DNA of 64,000 bases from Enoplolaimus lenunculus. Taxonomy: Eukaryota. The notes under the pieces were generated by a model. That model was not told the origin of the DNA, did not search any database, and worked only from the letters and a program-made list of their open reading frames with translations. Location of the stretch: the NCBI GenBank assembly GCA_030248215.1, contig JASANG010002092.1, positions 62,001 through 126,000 of the forward strand, read 5' to 3'. The position numbers and the translations under genes are program-made. Each line of letters begins with the position of its first letter. Position 1 is the first letter of the stretch. This document shows, one piece after another, positions 39,646 to 56,400 of this stretch.

Positions 39646-41241
39646 TACTCTGCCGGCTAGCGTACGTACAGTGTACTGCACTATGTTGCATGTGCACATA
39701 ACGGACAAGCATGTCTCACATGCTTGCACGTAGTAGTCGTGGGTTCGCCAAAGAACCAGTGCACATAACGGACAAGCATGTCTCACATGCTTGTACGTAG
39801 TAGCCGTGGGTTCGCCAAAGAACCATACATTTTAACAAATAAATTTCTTGAGTAACATTTTTACACAAATTTATTCAGCAACACCCAATCTTGCGATTTA
39901 AGCACAGATGTTCTGCATATGCCAATTTTTTCAGTAAAAAGTGGATACAAAAATCAAGACCTTGCAAAGTTCTAAACAATGGATTCTGAAAGCCTGCGCT
40001 TTCAAACGGCTTCGAATTATCGTTTTATCATTTGTAAGTGTTTTTCAAACGTATGATATAGACATTGCTTCGGATTCAGATAAGTTATGTCAATTATTAC
40101 AACTCGAAAGCAAAAAGTATTTAAATCGGTATTCGTTTTTGCAGGTTGTAAAAGTTGAGTAATTTACAAGTGGTTACCAAATCCGGAACAATATCACTAT
40201 ACTCAAGCGGGTATACATATGATCTTTTGAGTCATTTTACATACGAGATGTTACAAAATTTTGTAATCCGCAGGATTCAGCAATATTCTCACCTTATACC
40301 TACTTTTCCAGCTGCTCAGTAAAATAGGTTTGGTAACTTTCCTGATTGTTCTTTTTCAATAAATTGGCAAATCTTAAGGCAGAACGTTAGTCCACTGGAG
40401 GGCTTCAGCTAGACTTACGTTGGTCAGTGTCAACGCTTCAGTAGCACCGATGAGCTACGTTGTGACACAGTTAAACTTTGCAGTGTTTATATATATTTGG
40501 AGACTCACAGTCGTTCTGGTGGTTACGTATATAATAGTAAACAAATAATCGTAGCATAAGTCGTATTGAAAGCCTATAAACTTTCAGTTTCGCTCAGAGT
40601 TAGGGCACAATGTTCGTTTCACAACATCAATACCTTTATCGGTTCATGTGAGCAGCTACGTATATATAAAACTGGAGACATCTTCAGCATTAAATGTATT
40701 TTTTCTTGTATTGCTTATTTGCATAATCAAGTATATACATATTACCTGCGTGTACGTTGAACAGACAACACTTTTGTAGCTCTGTCGTGCACTACACAAT
40801 ATTGAGTGGCAATCTTTTTTCGACTGCTGAATTCATTTATAGATTAGTTTGGACTGTTTTGGCATATGAGAAGAAGGACCGCTCAGTGTTGTAGCTGCTT
40901 AGAGGTGGTATTTTCCACTCTACTTAAATTACGGTGCGTACTCAGTTTCGGAAGCTATGATAGAAGGGAACATTTGCACTGTGGAGGGACTACGTAAGTG
41001 CCGAACCGAAAAGACTCCACCCCACGCATGCTTAAGGTGGAAACCTAGACGGTTAAGTCCTTTGTTTAGTCAGAAGTTATCTGGCACTGCGCTGACAGAG
41101 CAACTAAAATGGCAGTTATTATGAATATTCTATCAATATGTAGCTTTACGGTTGAGCAACGTCGTTTAACGATTCAGTTATTTAAATGTTGCGTCTTTCT
41201 TATACTTTTAAGCGAGTTGTAGTTTTTACAGATATTTTGAT

Positions 41242-45683
<4,442 letters not shown>

Positions 45684-46183
45684 TATGTACTGTACTTATT
45701 TCCATATCAAGTCAAAAAGTTATTGTGTACGGATTGTTACGCTGTGCCATGCGAGAATTCACTTACGGTGCCGTATGGTACCGGAAGTTACCGGACCGCG
45801 TTGAAGTTGACAAAAACTATAGTGCCACGCTATTACTTGAGCAATAGGAAACTAGGTTTTTGACTGTGTTGAATGAAGTCTTGAGTAGTTTGGCTCGCAT
45901 TGCTGTTTCGGTTCATTTTCCTCATTGCCATATTTGAATTTGTCTAGCAAACAGATTTATAAATAGAATGCGGTGCTTGCGTGTTACGGTTTTTGTTCCA
46001 TATGCACCGACTCCAGTTTGGTTTAACTGTATACTGTCGTTGGTTTTAGCTTTTGAAGTGCTATGATTACTTGGATAGGAGTTATATGTTCTGTTGTTAT
46101 TTGAATAATGCTAATTCTCGTTTCGCTGAATAAAATGTTAACGCGTATAAATGAAAGGGCTTCTAGTTGTTTTCTTTTAATTA

Positions 46184-46350
46184 TTGGCCAATAGAAAGAA
46201 CATGGCGGAACATTATTATAAGCATATTCCCAAGCCTAAGCGTAAGAATGAACGTATTCCTAAGCCTAAGCCAGGCCAAAAATTAGTCTAAATCTTACGC
46301 TTACTCTTCACACAGAAAAACGTTCCGCCCCTGATCTTTACATGGGCCAA
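46184..46350. mobile_element. MITE carrying telomere-type GCCTAA repeats (TTGGCCAAT..GGGGCGGAAC TIR)
   Basis: TTGGCCAATAGAAAGAACATGGCGGAAC...GTTCCGCCCCTGATCTTTACATGGGCCAA enclosing AAGCCTAAG units. Confidence 0.75.
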
Positions 46351-46386
46351 ATTATTCGAGACCTATCGAGATGTAAATTTAACTGG

Positions 46387-46707
46387 TACTCTCTAAAAAC
46401 TTAAACTTATAGCTTAACTAAAACTTGAATATCAGTTTAAGTAAAACTTAAATGGCTGGACTTTAAGATTTACTTAAACTAACGTGTTTTTAAGTTTAAC
46501 ACAAGATTAAGTAAACTTATTTTTAGACTAAGTAAGTGCAGCCGTGTATCAAAGAGTTCAATAAGTTTAACTTAAACTAAAAATTGTAAAATTTCAAATG
46601 AGTTTAAGCGTAAACCTACCTGTTAGTTTAGTTCATCTAAAAAGTTGCTTTAATACTGGTGGATTAGCTTAAGCTTAAATCAAGTTAGTTTAAGCTTTTA
46701 GAGAGTA
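46387..46707. mobile_element. MITE with TACTCTCTAAAA termini, copy 2
   Basis: TACTCTCTAAAAACTTAAA...TTTAAGCTTTTAGAGAGTA; homologous to 6056..6413. Confidence 0.8.
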
Positions 46708-48434
46708 TAAAGTCATAATTGGTAGGAAAAATTGAGTAACAAAAGGACGGAGTTTTCTTGAAACGTTTATACTTACAAAAGCATTTTTCTAAGAAATATT
46801 TTCTTAAATTCAAACCCCAGAGCAAAAGATTTTATTAGTAAATTAACACCGTTATTGCAAGAAATCAGTGGAAGTAGTGAAATAAAAAGAAAGAAAATGT
46901 TTATTTTATAAATTGTAAATAGTAATTTTTTAATAACACATTTACGTTTTAACCATTTCAGACACGAATTTCTGAGCGATTTAAGGCTACTATTAATGTC
47001 TGAAATACAAGACATTAATGTCTTGCAAAATTTAAGAAAGTAGGACTCTTGAAATTTCAAGGCAATTTATTTCGTATGTAGCTTCGGATATCCGGATAGA
47101 TATCCAGCAAGAATTTCAGGATGTGGAAAATATTGGATGCCACTCGCTATTATCAGCATCAGGGAACATACAACAAAATTGTCAGATATTTAGAAAATAG
47201 CAGCCAGCTCGCTGGCCGCAAACATGTCGGTTTAATTCCGACAGAAAATCTGATAACAGTATTACTGTTTCATGAATTTGATCGGAAGTTATTTCAAAAT
47301 TAACGAGTTAATACACAGCTCCGATTGTTGCATTGTTTAAACACTAAAGTAGCTGCGAGCTGACTTAGAAAAGTTACTTATTAAAATCTGAGTTAGAATA
47401 TTGAACCAAATTCTTGATTTTTGTGGCTAGATTTGAATTTTTCCGTGTATATCGTTTGTAAAATTTAGAACTGTTTGACCTTGGTCTTCTTTTCAATCAT
47501 AGTTATCAGGAACCATAGTTAAAACATGTACTAATGAAACGAAAATTGACATTCGGAAACCCTACAAACACAAAATCGAGTTTCGGATATCCAAAATAGA
47601 AAATTTCATGTACGGATATCCGGATAAATATCCAGCAAGAGTTGTTGGATATCCGGATATGTAAAAATATCCGATGCCCATCACCAAATATTTACAGCTA
47701 TCAGATCTAAATAAATATATAGGTAGCAAAATCATAGTGAGCAAATAATTTAAAAAAGGGATAACCCGGACGCCATTTTAGCGCTAAACTATAATACGAA
47801 ATCTTGGTTTGGATCCCTGTCGGTCGAATGAGTCTAGACCAGAGTGCGTCCCATGGATTCAGCATTGGGCATGTGATGGATTATGCTTTTCAAAACATTT
47901 CTTCGCGTTATAAAAGTACTTGAATAGTAGAATTTAATATCATGTGCCGCTTTTTTTCTGTCCCTGGGATTGTCAAAGGATACTCACAGGCAGTCTCGTG
48001 GTAGATCACAGGATACCAGCATAGCACTTTTGGAGTACATATGACATTCAAACAAATGTCCTAAAACACATGGATTATTTGAGAAGAGTAATTTGTAGGC
48101 TTTTATTTAAAATATGGAGAAAATGTGCAATAGCTTCAATTTTTTGCGAACTTAAAAGGAAGCGGATTTTAATACATGACGCCAGCAAATCATTTGCTCT
48201 GTTCTTTACATTGGCAATTTGCTGTATTTCAAGTCGGATACTGAATTAACTTGGCAAACAAGCGTTTATTAAAGTTTACGTTGTAAATTGGCGGTTTATT
48301 CACATTTTATATTCATTTTTTGTTCTCATGCCTGAGTTATAATTACAGATTGCTTTTGTTAACTCATCAAGTTTGGACTAATGAAATTAGAATTAAACGT
48401 TAACTTGCGTATTTTAGTTTAAAAAATAGTACGT

Positions 48435-48600
48435 GGAAATTTTTCGCTTTTCCTTTCTCACTTGAGTATTTTCTGTTTCATCTGAGACCTACTTTTACGT
48501 CGATCCTCAGCGAGTTGAGTTGGACGCGTTTATCAGCGCCAATCAGTTATAGGAGCTTGACACTCGAGACCTAATTGGCTGTCACGTCTTGCGGTGATTT
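48435..48600 (-). mobile_element. Dispersed repeat with internal tRNA-like segment, degraded copy
   Basis: Homologous to 54208..54382 (CTGAGACCTACTTTT, ATAGGAGCTTGAC, CGTCTTG..GGTGATTT). Confidence 0.6.
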
Positions 48601-50480
48601 CGTATATGCAACATTGTACGTTTTGCAATAAACAATGCGGTGTAATTGCGATGAGTTTCTCAAAGTCAACTCTATGTCTCAAAATTATAGAGAGCATCCT
48701 GGCTGTTGTAAATTTTCTTCTACAATTTACAAAATTTTCAAATATTGACATTAATACTTAGGTTTAAGATTTTAGGCTTAAACTTTAGGCTTAGCTTTAG
48801 TGTTAGGTATAAGCTTGTTGAGATGAACACGAACGTGGCCTTTTACTCTCATGCGACCAATGACCCAGATTTAGGCATAAAATTTTTCAATTACGTTTAG
48901 GCGTTTTTGCATTTGCAAACTTTCTTTTCAAGTTCACAGTGATTTAATGCAAATTTTTCCAAGATAAAACTGGCGTTAAGAGCCATTGAAACGGGCACGT
49001 AGTCAAGGAAGGAAGGCAGTGAGGCACAGCCCTCTCTGGAAATTTGTTTGTCCCTTAGAAAATTTTTAACCTTGCTTGTAAAAAGTCAACGAAAGTCCTT
49101 GTATGCCCCTTCTGAAACCTTTATAGCCCCCCTCCTTAGCAAAATGAGCTGGCTACAGGCATGCATTAAAACTTCAAAGCGTCGGTTAAACCCGATAGCG
49201 ATCATCTGGTTTTGGGCTAAACTGTATATATACAGCAGATGCTTGCAAATGCAACATACAGTTTGCCAACCACAACATTTTAATGACTGTGCACAAAACT
49301 TTACCTCAAAATCAAAACGTAAATTTATTGATGCTTAAAATATCATTTGAAACTTTTATCATTTTTATCGAATCCAAACGAAGTGTTTTCGATTTTCCGG
49401 TGGTTGTAGAAAGTTGGAGGGGACCTCGTACAAAAAAACAAAGGGTCGTTATTTGTGCCCTTAAACAGGAACGAATATAACCGGTACCCGGGGGGCGTTT
49501 ATAGTTCACATTTTTTGTGGGGTTAAAAAGTTGTTTCAGCGTTAAATTTTGCTCACTGTATGCGATGGGTCAAAACTATACTTTGTTTCTTCGTTCGCCA
49601 TCACATATTCTTTGACGATATTCCTATCCGAAATCCAATCGTGGGAACTTAACAGGTTTGAAATTTAAACTTTATTTTTGGTTATTAACATACAGCAGGC
49701 CGGCAACAACTGTTCACCTGTTTGATTACCGTTCAAATAAAAAGTAAAAACGCAATCGGTACAAATATCACTATGGCTAATGATTTTGAAGTGGTTTTTT
49801 GGGGGCCCCCGCTGAGTTTAGAGACAGTTTTATTTGTTATACAATTAATATCAATTTTAAGACATTTTGTCAAAAAAATAATAATGGGCTTTTAAGTTTT
49901 TATGATCAAGGTGAACGGTGTAATTGCTGCTCGCTATTTTGGGTTTCAGTTTTTGTTCCAGATAAAGCATCTCTTGTTAGCAGAATGTAACTGAGATTAC
50001 CTGTTTCAGGTAAAAATTGGTGTCCGTTACCGTTACAGTTATAATATAGAAATACTTGAAGTTAGGTCATTTTTATGCTATTTGGTGCCAATATAGGTAT
50101 AAATCACTAAATACATTTTTTCATACATATGTTTACTGCAATTTGTCGATATGAAATGAAAATTAACAAAATGTATCGAAAATCATAAAAAACACTCGGT
50201 GCATCCGCTATTGTTTTCATTACAATTTACTTACTTCAATTGGAGTTTACTTGAAAACATAAAATAAACTTGAAAATGTTTCAAAATTATCTGTGACTAC
50301 TTCTGTCATAGTCTGATTTTGTCGGTTTCGCATCCGAGACCGAGCCATTAGAACTTTCTGAGTTATTTTTATCGACAGTAAATTTTTTTACTGAGTTTGA
50401 AAATTTGTAAACTTTTTATAGAATTTGAGACTTTTGTTACCCTAAAGTATTCTTTAAAGCTCACGATTTGGCAATAAAAT

Positions 50481-53400
50481 ATGGGCTCTAAAAACGGCTA
50501 CGGCCCGGCGAATGGTTTAGTAGGCACTAGAAGCAGTGGCGACGCGCCTACAGTGACCAGTATTCGAGTACCCAACACAGCCGCTGCTGCAGCGGCAGCT
50601 GGTCTACTGGGAATTGCTGGATTTGAAAATAGCGATCAACGAGGAGCGAGTAACGCTCCAGCTCGATCGGTGAGAACATTTTCTGAAAACGGATTGGGAT
50701 CGTCGTTATCGAAAGGAATGTCTTCTGATGTAAGTTGTCGAAATCGTTAATTATCACTGGCATTGTTTGTTTTTTAAACAGAATAGCAGTAGAGTAGAAG
50801 GATGCTTTAAGCTAATCTATATACCGTTGTCTTTAAGGCGCATTGGCCAATTATAGTCCAGGACCGTAACAGTAGTACAAGCGCATTCCTAAGCCAAAGC
50901 CTAAGCCTAAGCATAAGGGTTGTGTTCTACTTTCCTGAGTCGGACGCAGGCACACCTAAATTTAAGCCTAAATGTAACCAGAAAATTATCAAAGATGATT
51001 CGGAGGGGTATTTTTGATAAAATTTCGGAAAAGATATCATGTTTGTTTTCTTTGGAGAATTTTTCAGGTCGATGAAAGTTCAGACCTCGAAGACGATGTT
51101 CAGACAACCGTCGATATTTTGTTTTACGTAAGGTTTATTTGGGTTTGATGTTTCACAATTCATAAGGTCGAGCTAATTAAACGCTGCTGGGTATTTTCAG
51201 TTAAGCCTAAATTAGGACTTTCCACCATATTTCAGTAATTATTTCAGTTAGAAGCAATCTAATTTTAGCATTAAAGGGTTTTTGGGTGCGAGAAATCTCC
51301 GTAAACTGTTTACAAACCTCAAAATCTGATAATTGAGTTGTTAGCTAATGGATAATTTGCATATTAGCATAGTTTGTAAGCCTAAATTAGGACTTCTTAC
51401 AATATTTCACTAATTATTATGGTTAAAAGCAATATAATTTCAGCAATAAAGGGTTTTTAGGTGCGAGGAATTTGAATAAATTGTTTACAAGCATTCCAAA
51501 CCGATAATTGAATGGTTAGCTAATAGCTAATTTACATAATACCTTAATTGACAAGACAAAACCAGGACTTTTCGAATTATTTCAATAAATATTAGGGTGT
51601 ACTGAAGGTTTTTGGGTGCGAGGTACCAGAATAAATTGTTTACAAACCTCCAAAACCGATAATTGAATAGTTAGCTAATAGCTAATTTGCATATGAGCTT
51701 AATTGACAAGACAAAATTAGGACTTTTTAAATTATTTCAATAATTATTAGGGTTTACTGAAGGTTTTGGTGCGAGGAATCTGAATAAATTGTTTACAAAC
51801 GTCTAAAACCGAAAAACCAAAAAAATTGAGTAGTTAGCTAATAGATAATTTGCATATAAGTTTAATTGATAAGCCTAAATTAGGCGTTTTTACAATGTTT
51901 CACTAATTATTAGGGTTACAAGCAATCTAATTTCAGCAATAATGGGTTTTTGGGTGCGAGGAATCTGAATAAAGTGTCTAAAGACCATTAAAAGCAATTT
52001 TCGAATAGTTAGCTAATGCATAATTAGCATATTTGCTAAATTGACGAGACAAAATTAGGACTTTTTAAATTATTACAATAATTATTAGGGTGGCTGAGGG
52101 GTTTTTGGGTGCGAGGAATCCGAGGAAATTGCTTGCAAGCCTCCAAAACCGATAAATGAATAGTTAGCTAATATATTACAATAATTATTAGGGTGGCTGA
52201 GGGGTTTTTGGGTGCGAGGATTCCGAGGAAATTGCTTACAAACCTCCAAAACCGATAAATGAATAGTTAGCTAATAACTAATTTGCATATTACCTTAATT
52301 GCTTACGTGTGTTTGAGCTTCGCTCAATAAATGTAGTCCCACTACTGGTTAATACTCTTTATTATTAAGATTTATGTCACAGTTTTTTCCAAGTATTTCA
52401 GTATATCAAAATTATATTTCCTCACATTGGGCTTATTGTCGCTCTTTTGGTGTACACGCTGCTTGGAGCGTTTTTGTTTCATATCATTGAATTGCCACAC
52501 GAAATGAAAACTCGCAACGAGTCCTTACATCTCGTATGGGTAAGTCACACTACCATTTCAACTGACGCATACATTTTATATACGTACTGAAGGCGTGCCG
52601 GAAGCGGATACGTCCCACACACATCAAAAATTCAAGTTTCCCTCGAAGTGTTGCCTGCATTTATGGGAATTATGTGAACTCGACCGTTTAACAAGTTTTT
52701 GGGTTATGTACAGACCAGGAAATTGGGCATCCGGAAATATTGGACAATTTCGCGTCGTTTGTTACCATTCATAGTATTAATTTCATAAACGTACACTTAA
52801 CTTCTGGATTTGTTGCATATTTTTATATTCGTCGATTATAAAATTTGAAGGAATCACAAGAAAAACTGATCGACCAAATGTGGCAGTTGAGTCAAATACC
52901 GGCCATGTCGCACAAAGTCTATCATCGAGAAGCTAAAAAGCGAATTCTTGATATGGAACGACAAATCTTTCACGCGTTCGATACCGGATATGTCACTTTT
53001 GATGACATTGTCAACAATACACAATTAGAGTGGACGTATCCGGCAGCAATATTTTTTGCTGCCACGGTTATCACGACCATAGGTTAGATGCAACATATAT
53101 ATATCAGGGTGCAACCGGAGTTGCGGTTTTTTTTCAAATTCCGGTTCCGATCTAAGCGAAAGAAATATTGGGATCGAAGCGAAAGAGAAGCCAAACGCAA
53201 TTGTAGCAGTTAATGTTAATACAAAGATTTGGCATGGAAAATCTGAAGTGCTCATTGCTCCGGAGCAGTGATTTATGCTGGAGAGCACAACTTCTTCTGT
53301 ATAAATCATATTTGTAATGAGCCATATTTGCAAACCAGTGGGTGAGAAAAGTTATGTCGATTCTTTGACTCAGAACCTAAGAGTTGCGCTATACTCGCCG

Positions 53401-56400
53401 CGCGCCGGCGTCCGGCTAGGTAAAGCATAGCGCAACCTTAAGTCTACACGAGCCGAATGATCAAAATAATTTCAGGAAGGTCATTGTGAGACTAAAATAT
53501 TTCGATTTTCGAGGGTTACAATTTACTAAGGATGGCTGAATTGCTTCCCTCGCTACGTGCTCGACTCTACTGTGAGTCTAAGCCCCAACAAGCTGCAATT
53601 TTTAGGTCGTTAAAATTTTACTGCAATTTTAGGTTACGGTAACATAGCGCCGTGTACTGTCGGAGGCCGTATGTTCTGCATTGTATTTGGACTCATCGGC
53701 ATTCCTTTATTGTTGGTTACTATTGCGGATGTCGGTAAATTTTTGTCAGATTTTATTTCGTTTTCGTACCGCCATATTCGTGCAATTGTTGAAGCGGTTA
53801 AGATACGATGGCGACAATATCGACGCGAGCGAGCGCGTCAACGAGCTGGAAGGCGGCGTCGAATAATTTCTGATGACGTCAGCGTTGTGTCGCATGATTT
53901 GGTAAAGTTTGAGTAGTGCAACTGCTCCAGAACCGGTGTTTTCTAGAGTATGTTATGTCAATTTGTGCCGTATAATAGAGTTGATATTTGCAAAAGCAAA
54001 TGCAACAGCAACTAAATGCAAACAATAACACAATAAAATCAGCCAGCTTTGCGCAATACGCGAAAGTTAGAGAACCTACAACAATCTATGCAAGTTTTCT
54101 TTCCTTAGAACAATCAGATTTTCGTTCTGAGAAAATATGAAAACAAAGTAATGCTGGAAAGTTTACGCATTTATAGGATATGCGAAAGTATGATTAAAGA
54201 TGGTAAACTGAAAATTTTTCGCTTAACACTTTCTCACATGAATATTTTCTATTTCCCCTGAGACCTACTTTTATGCTAGGATTCGAACTCCAGTGACTTG
54301 AGTGGGAGGCGTATACCATCGCCACTCAGCTATAGGAGCTTGACGCTCGAGTCCGAGGGGGCTCTTACGTCTTGTGGTGATTTAGTACTATGTGTTGCAA
54401 TTGTTAAACACGGAGCGATATGCATTATTTAACGTATATACACTGCGCTGAGTTGCCTATAGGCAACTCAATGTGAGAAGGGGTTAATGCGCGGTGTCTG
54501 AACGATGGTTAGGTGTATGAACTAGGTCCAATTTGTCTATTCAAACTTCTGGCTAGAGTCTTCACCTAATCCTTAGCATATGACAGTGTAAACAATTGTC
54601 TACAGTCTAGACCTATTCTATTGCAGTCGCGTGCCGATCGGGACGTCTCTAAAAGTAACATGGACGCAGATATTGCGTCATTTGTTTTCAGGATGACGAC
54701 ATACAAATTCCTGTTTGGGTATATAGCGTCATTTGTTTTCAGGATGACGACATACAAATTCCTGTTTGGGTAGTTCTATTGTTTCTTGTCGTATACACAG
54801 CTCTTGGTGGTTTTTTGTTTCAAATCATGGAAGGTTGGACGTGGTTTGAATCGTTTTATTTCTGCTTCATTACAATGGCTACAATTGGTGAGTTTAAATC
54901 TACAATTCCTCATCATCTTTAGAAAATATGGTATTTTCGTCTCAGTGATGCCTTGAACAACGGATGCAAAAAGTAAAATTTATAACAAAAGCTTGTTGTA
55001 CACACTGTAAATCCCAGTGAGTTGATTTTAGCTCAGAATGAGTTGAATCATTCAGTCTGAGTTCTCTGAACTCAGAATTCTGAGTCAATCAAACTGATTC
55101 TTCCGTAATTATTCAACTTAATACGCGGAATTAACTGAACTCAGAATTAAACTCACTGGAATTTACAGTGCACTCGTAAATAATTTTATGCTTGAAACTG
55201 ACGAAACACGATCTAGAAATACGACCGATTTGTATTAATTGATAGAATGATTTTGTACACTTCTTCACACCAGTCTACACTGACGCTTAGGCCTGCCTAA
55301 GTTTAGCGAAAGCCTTGGTGACATATATGCCGTCAAAATTCTTGGTGAGATTAGAAAATAGAAACAGTTCCAGGCTTTAGAATTGTTCAACTATCAACTA
55401 AAGGTTATTAATTTTTTTCTCGCTCAGTACCTTCGCTCGGCAATACTTTTATAGAAATGAGACACCAATATGAATAAAAGTTTTCAGAAGAGAGTGGAAA
55501 ATTACAGTAATCACTGCATTTGTGGACTTTTGAGCTTTTCTGCAAATGTGCTTGGTATTTGTAGGGATCAGAATAAGACGTGAACAGGGATTGATATTTA
55601 TTTTGTCTTTACAGAGGCTACTTCCTTGTTATCCGTTGATCTATTTTTTAATTCATTCCGTGTTTAGTTGAAGCAACACGCTTATTTTTGAATTCTTTCT
55701 TTTGGGCAGAACTAGATTTGCTGTGAAGCATATTTGTTGACTGTCATGTCCGTTAATTTTTCTGAATTTAACGAAGTTTATGCTGGGTTACTTGAGAGTC
55801 TGTTACGTACTCGAACAGTCTAAACCATTGGTTGATACGGGATACAGACTCCTATTGGTCGGAACTCAAAACAGGAACTCTCATCTTGTTAGGTACCTAT
55901 CCTCTCTTGTTCGGGTCACTACAGTATTCACGCCATTTAGTTTCGCGCGTTTGAGAAGATGGCTAATTCTGACCACTCACAGAGTCAATAGGGCCACCCA
56001 AGCCGCGGCACCCGAACAAAGGTCACTTACTACAAAAAACATACGATCGAATAAGAGGGGGAATGATATGAATTTGGCCTCTCCAGAGTGTCCCCCTTTG
56101 TTATTCGGTTATTAACAGTTATTTATTTTTAACCCACGCTCCGCCACATTGGTTACCGATATATATCCGGTACTGTGATTATCCGTAGAATTAAACGTAT
56201 ATTTGTCTTGTGTCACTCCCGTCTTATTCGGGTCACTACACTACTATATACAGCGTGACCCCTGTTATAAATTTCTGCGTCCGCCATTGATTTGGAATCG
56301 GGTTAAAAGTTGAATTGCTTTTGGAAACATTTTTTTACAAACGATTTCAGGATTTGGAGATTTAGTACCGTCGAAACAAATCTTTATGCTATTCACAATG

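Noticed and set aside
51200..52300. CRISPR-like repeat-spacer array
   Set aside because: Whole units are homologous, there are no unique spacers or cas genes, and the context is a eukaryotic intron
54627..54691. Alternative upstream acceptor (TTGCAG at 54626) for the K2P M3 exon
   Set aside because: Out of frame with the phase-0 donor at 53901 and reaches a TAG before M3
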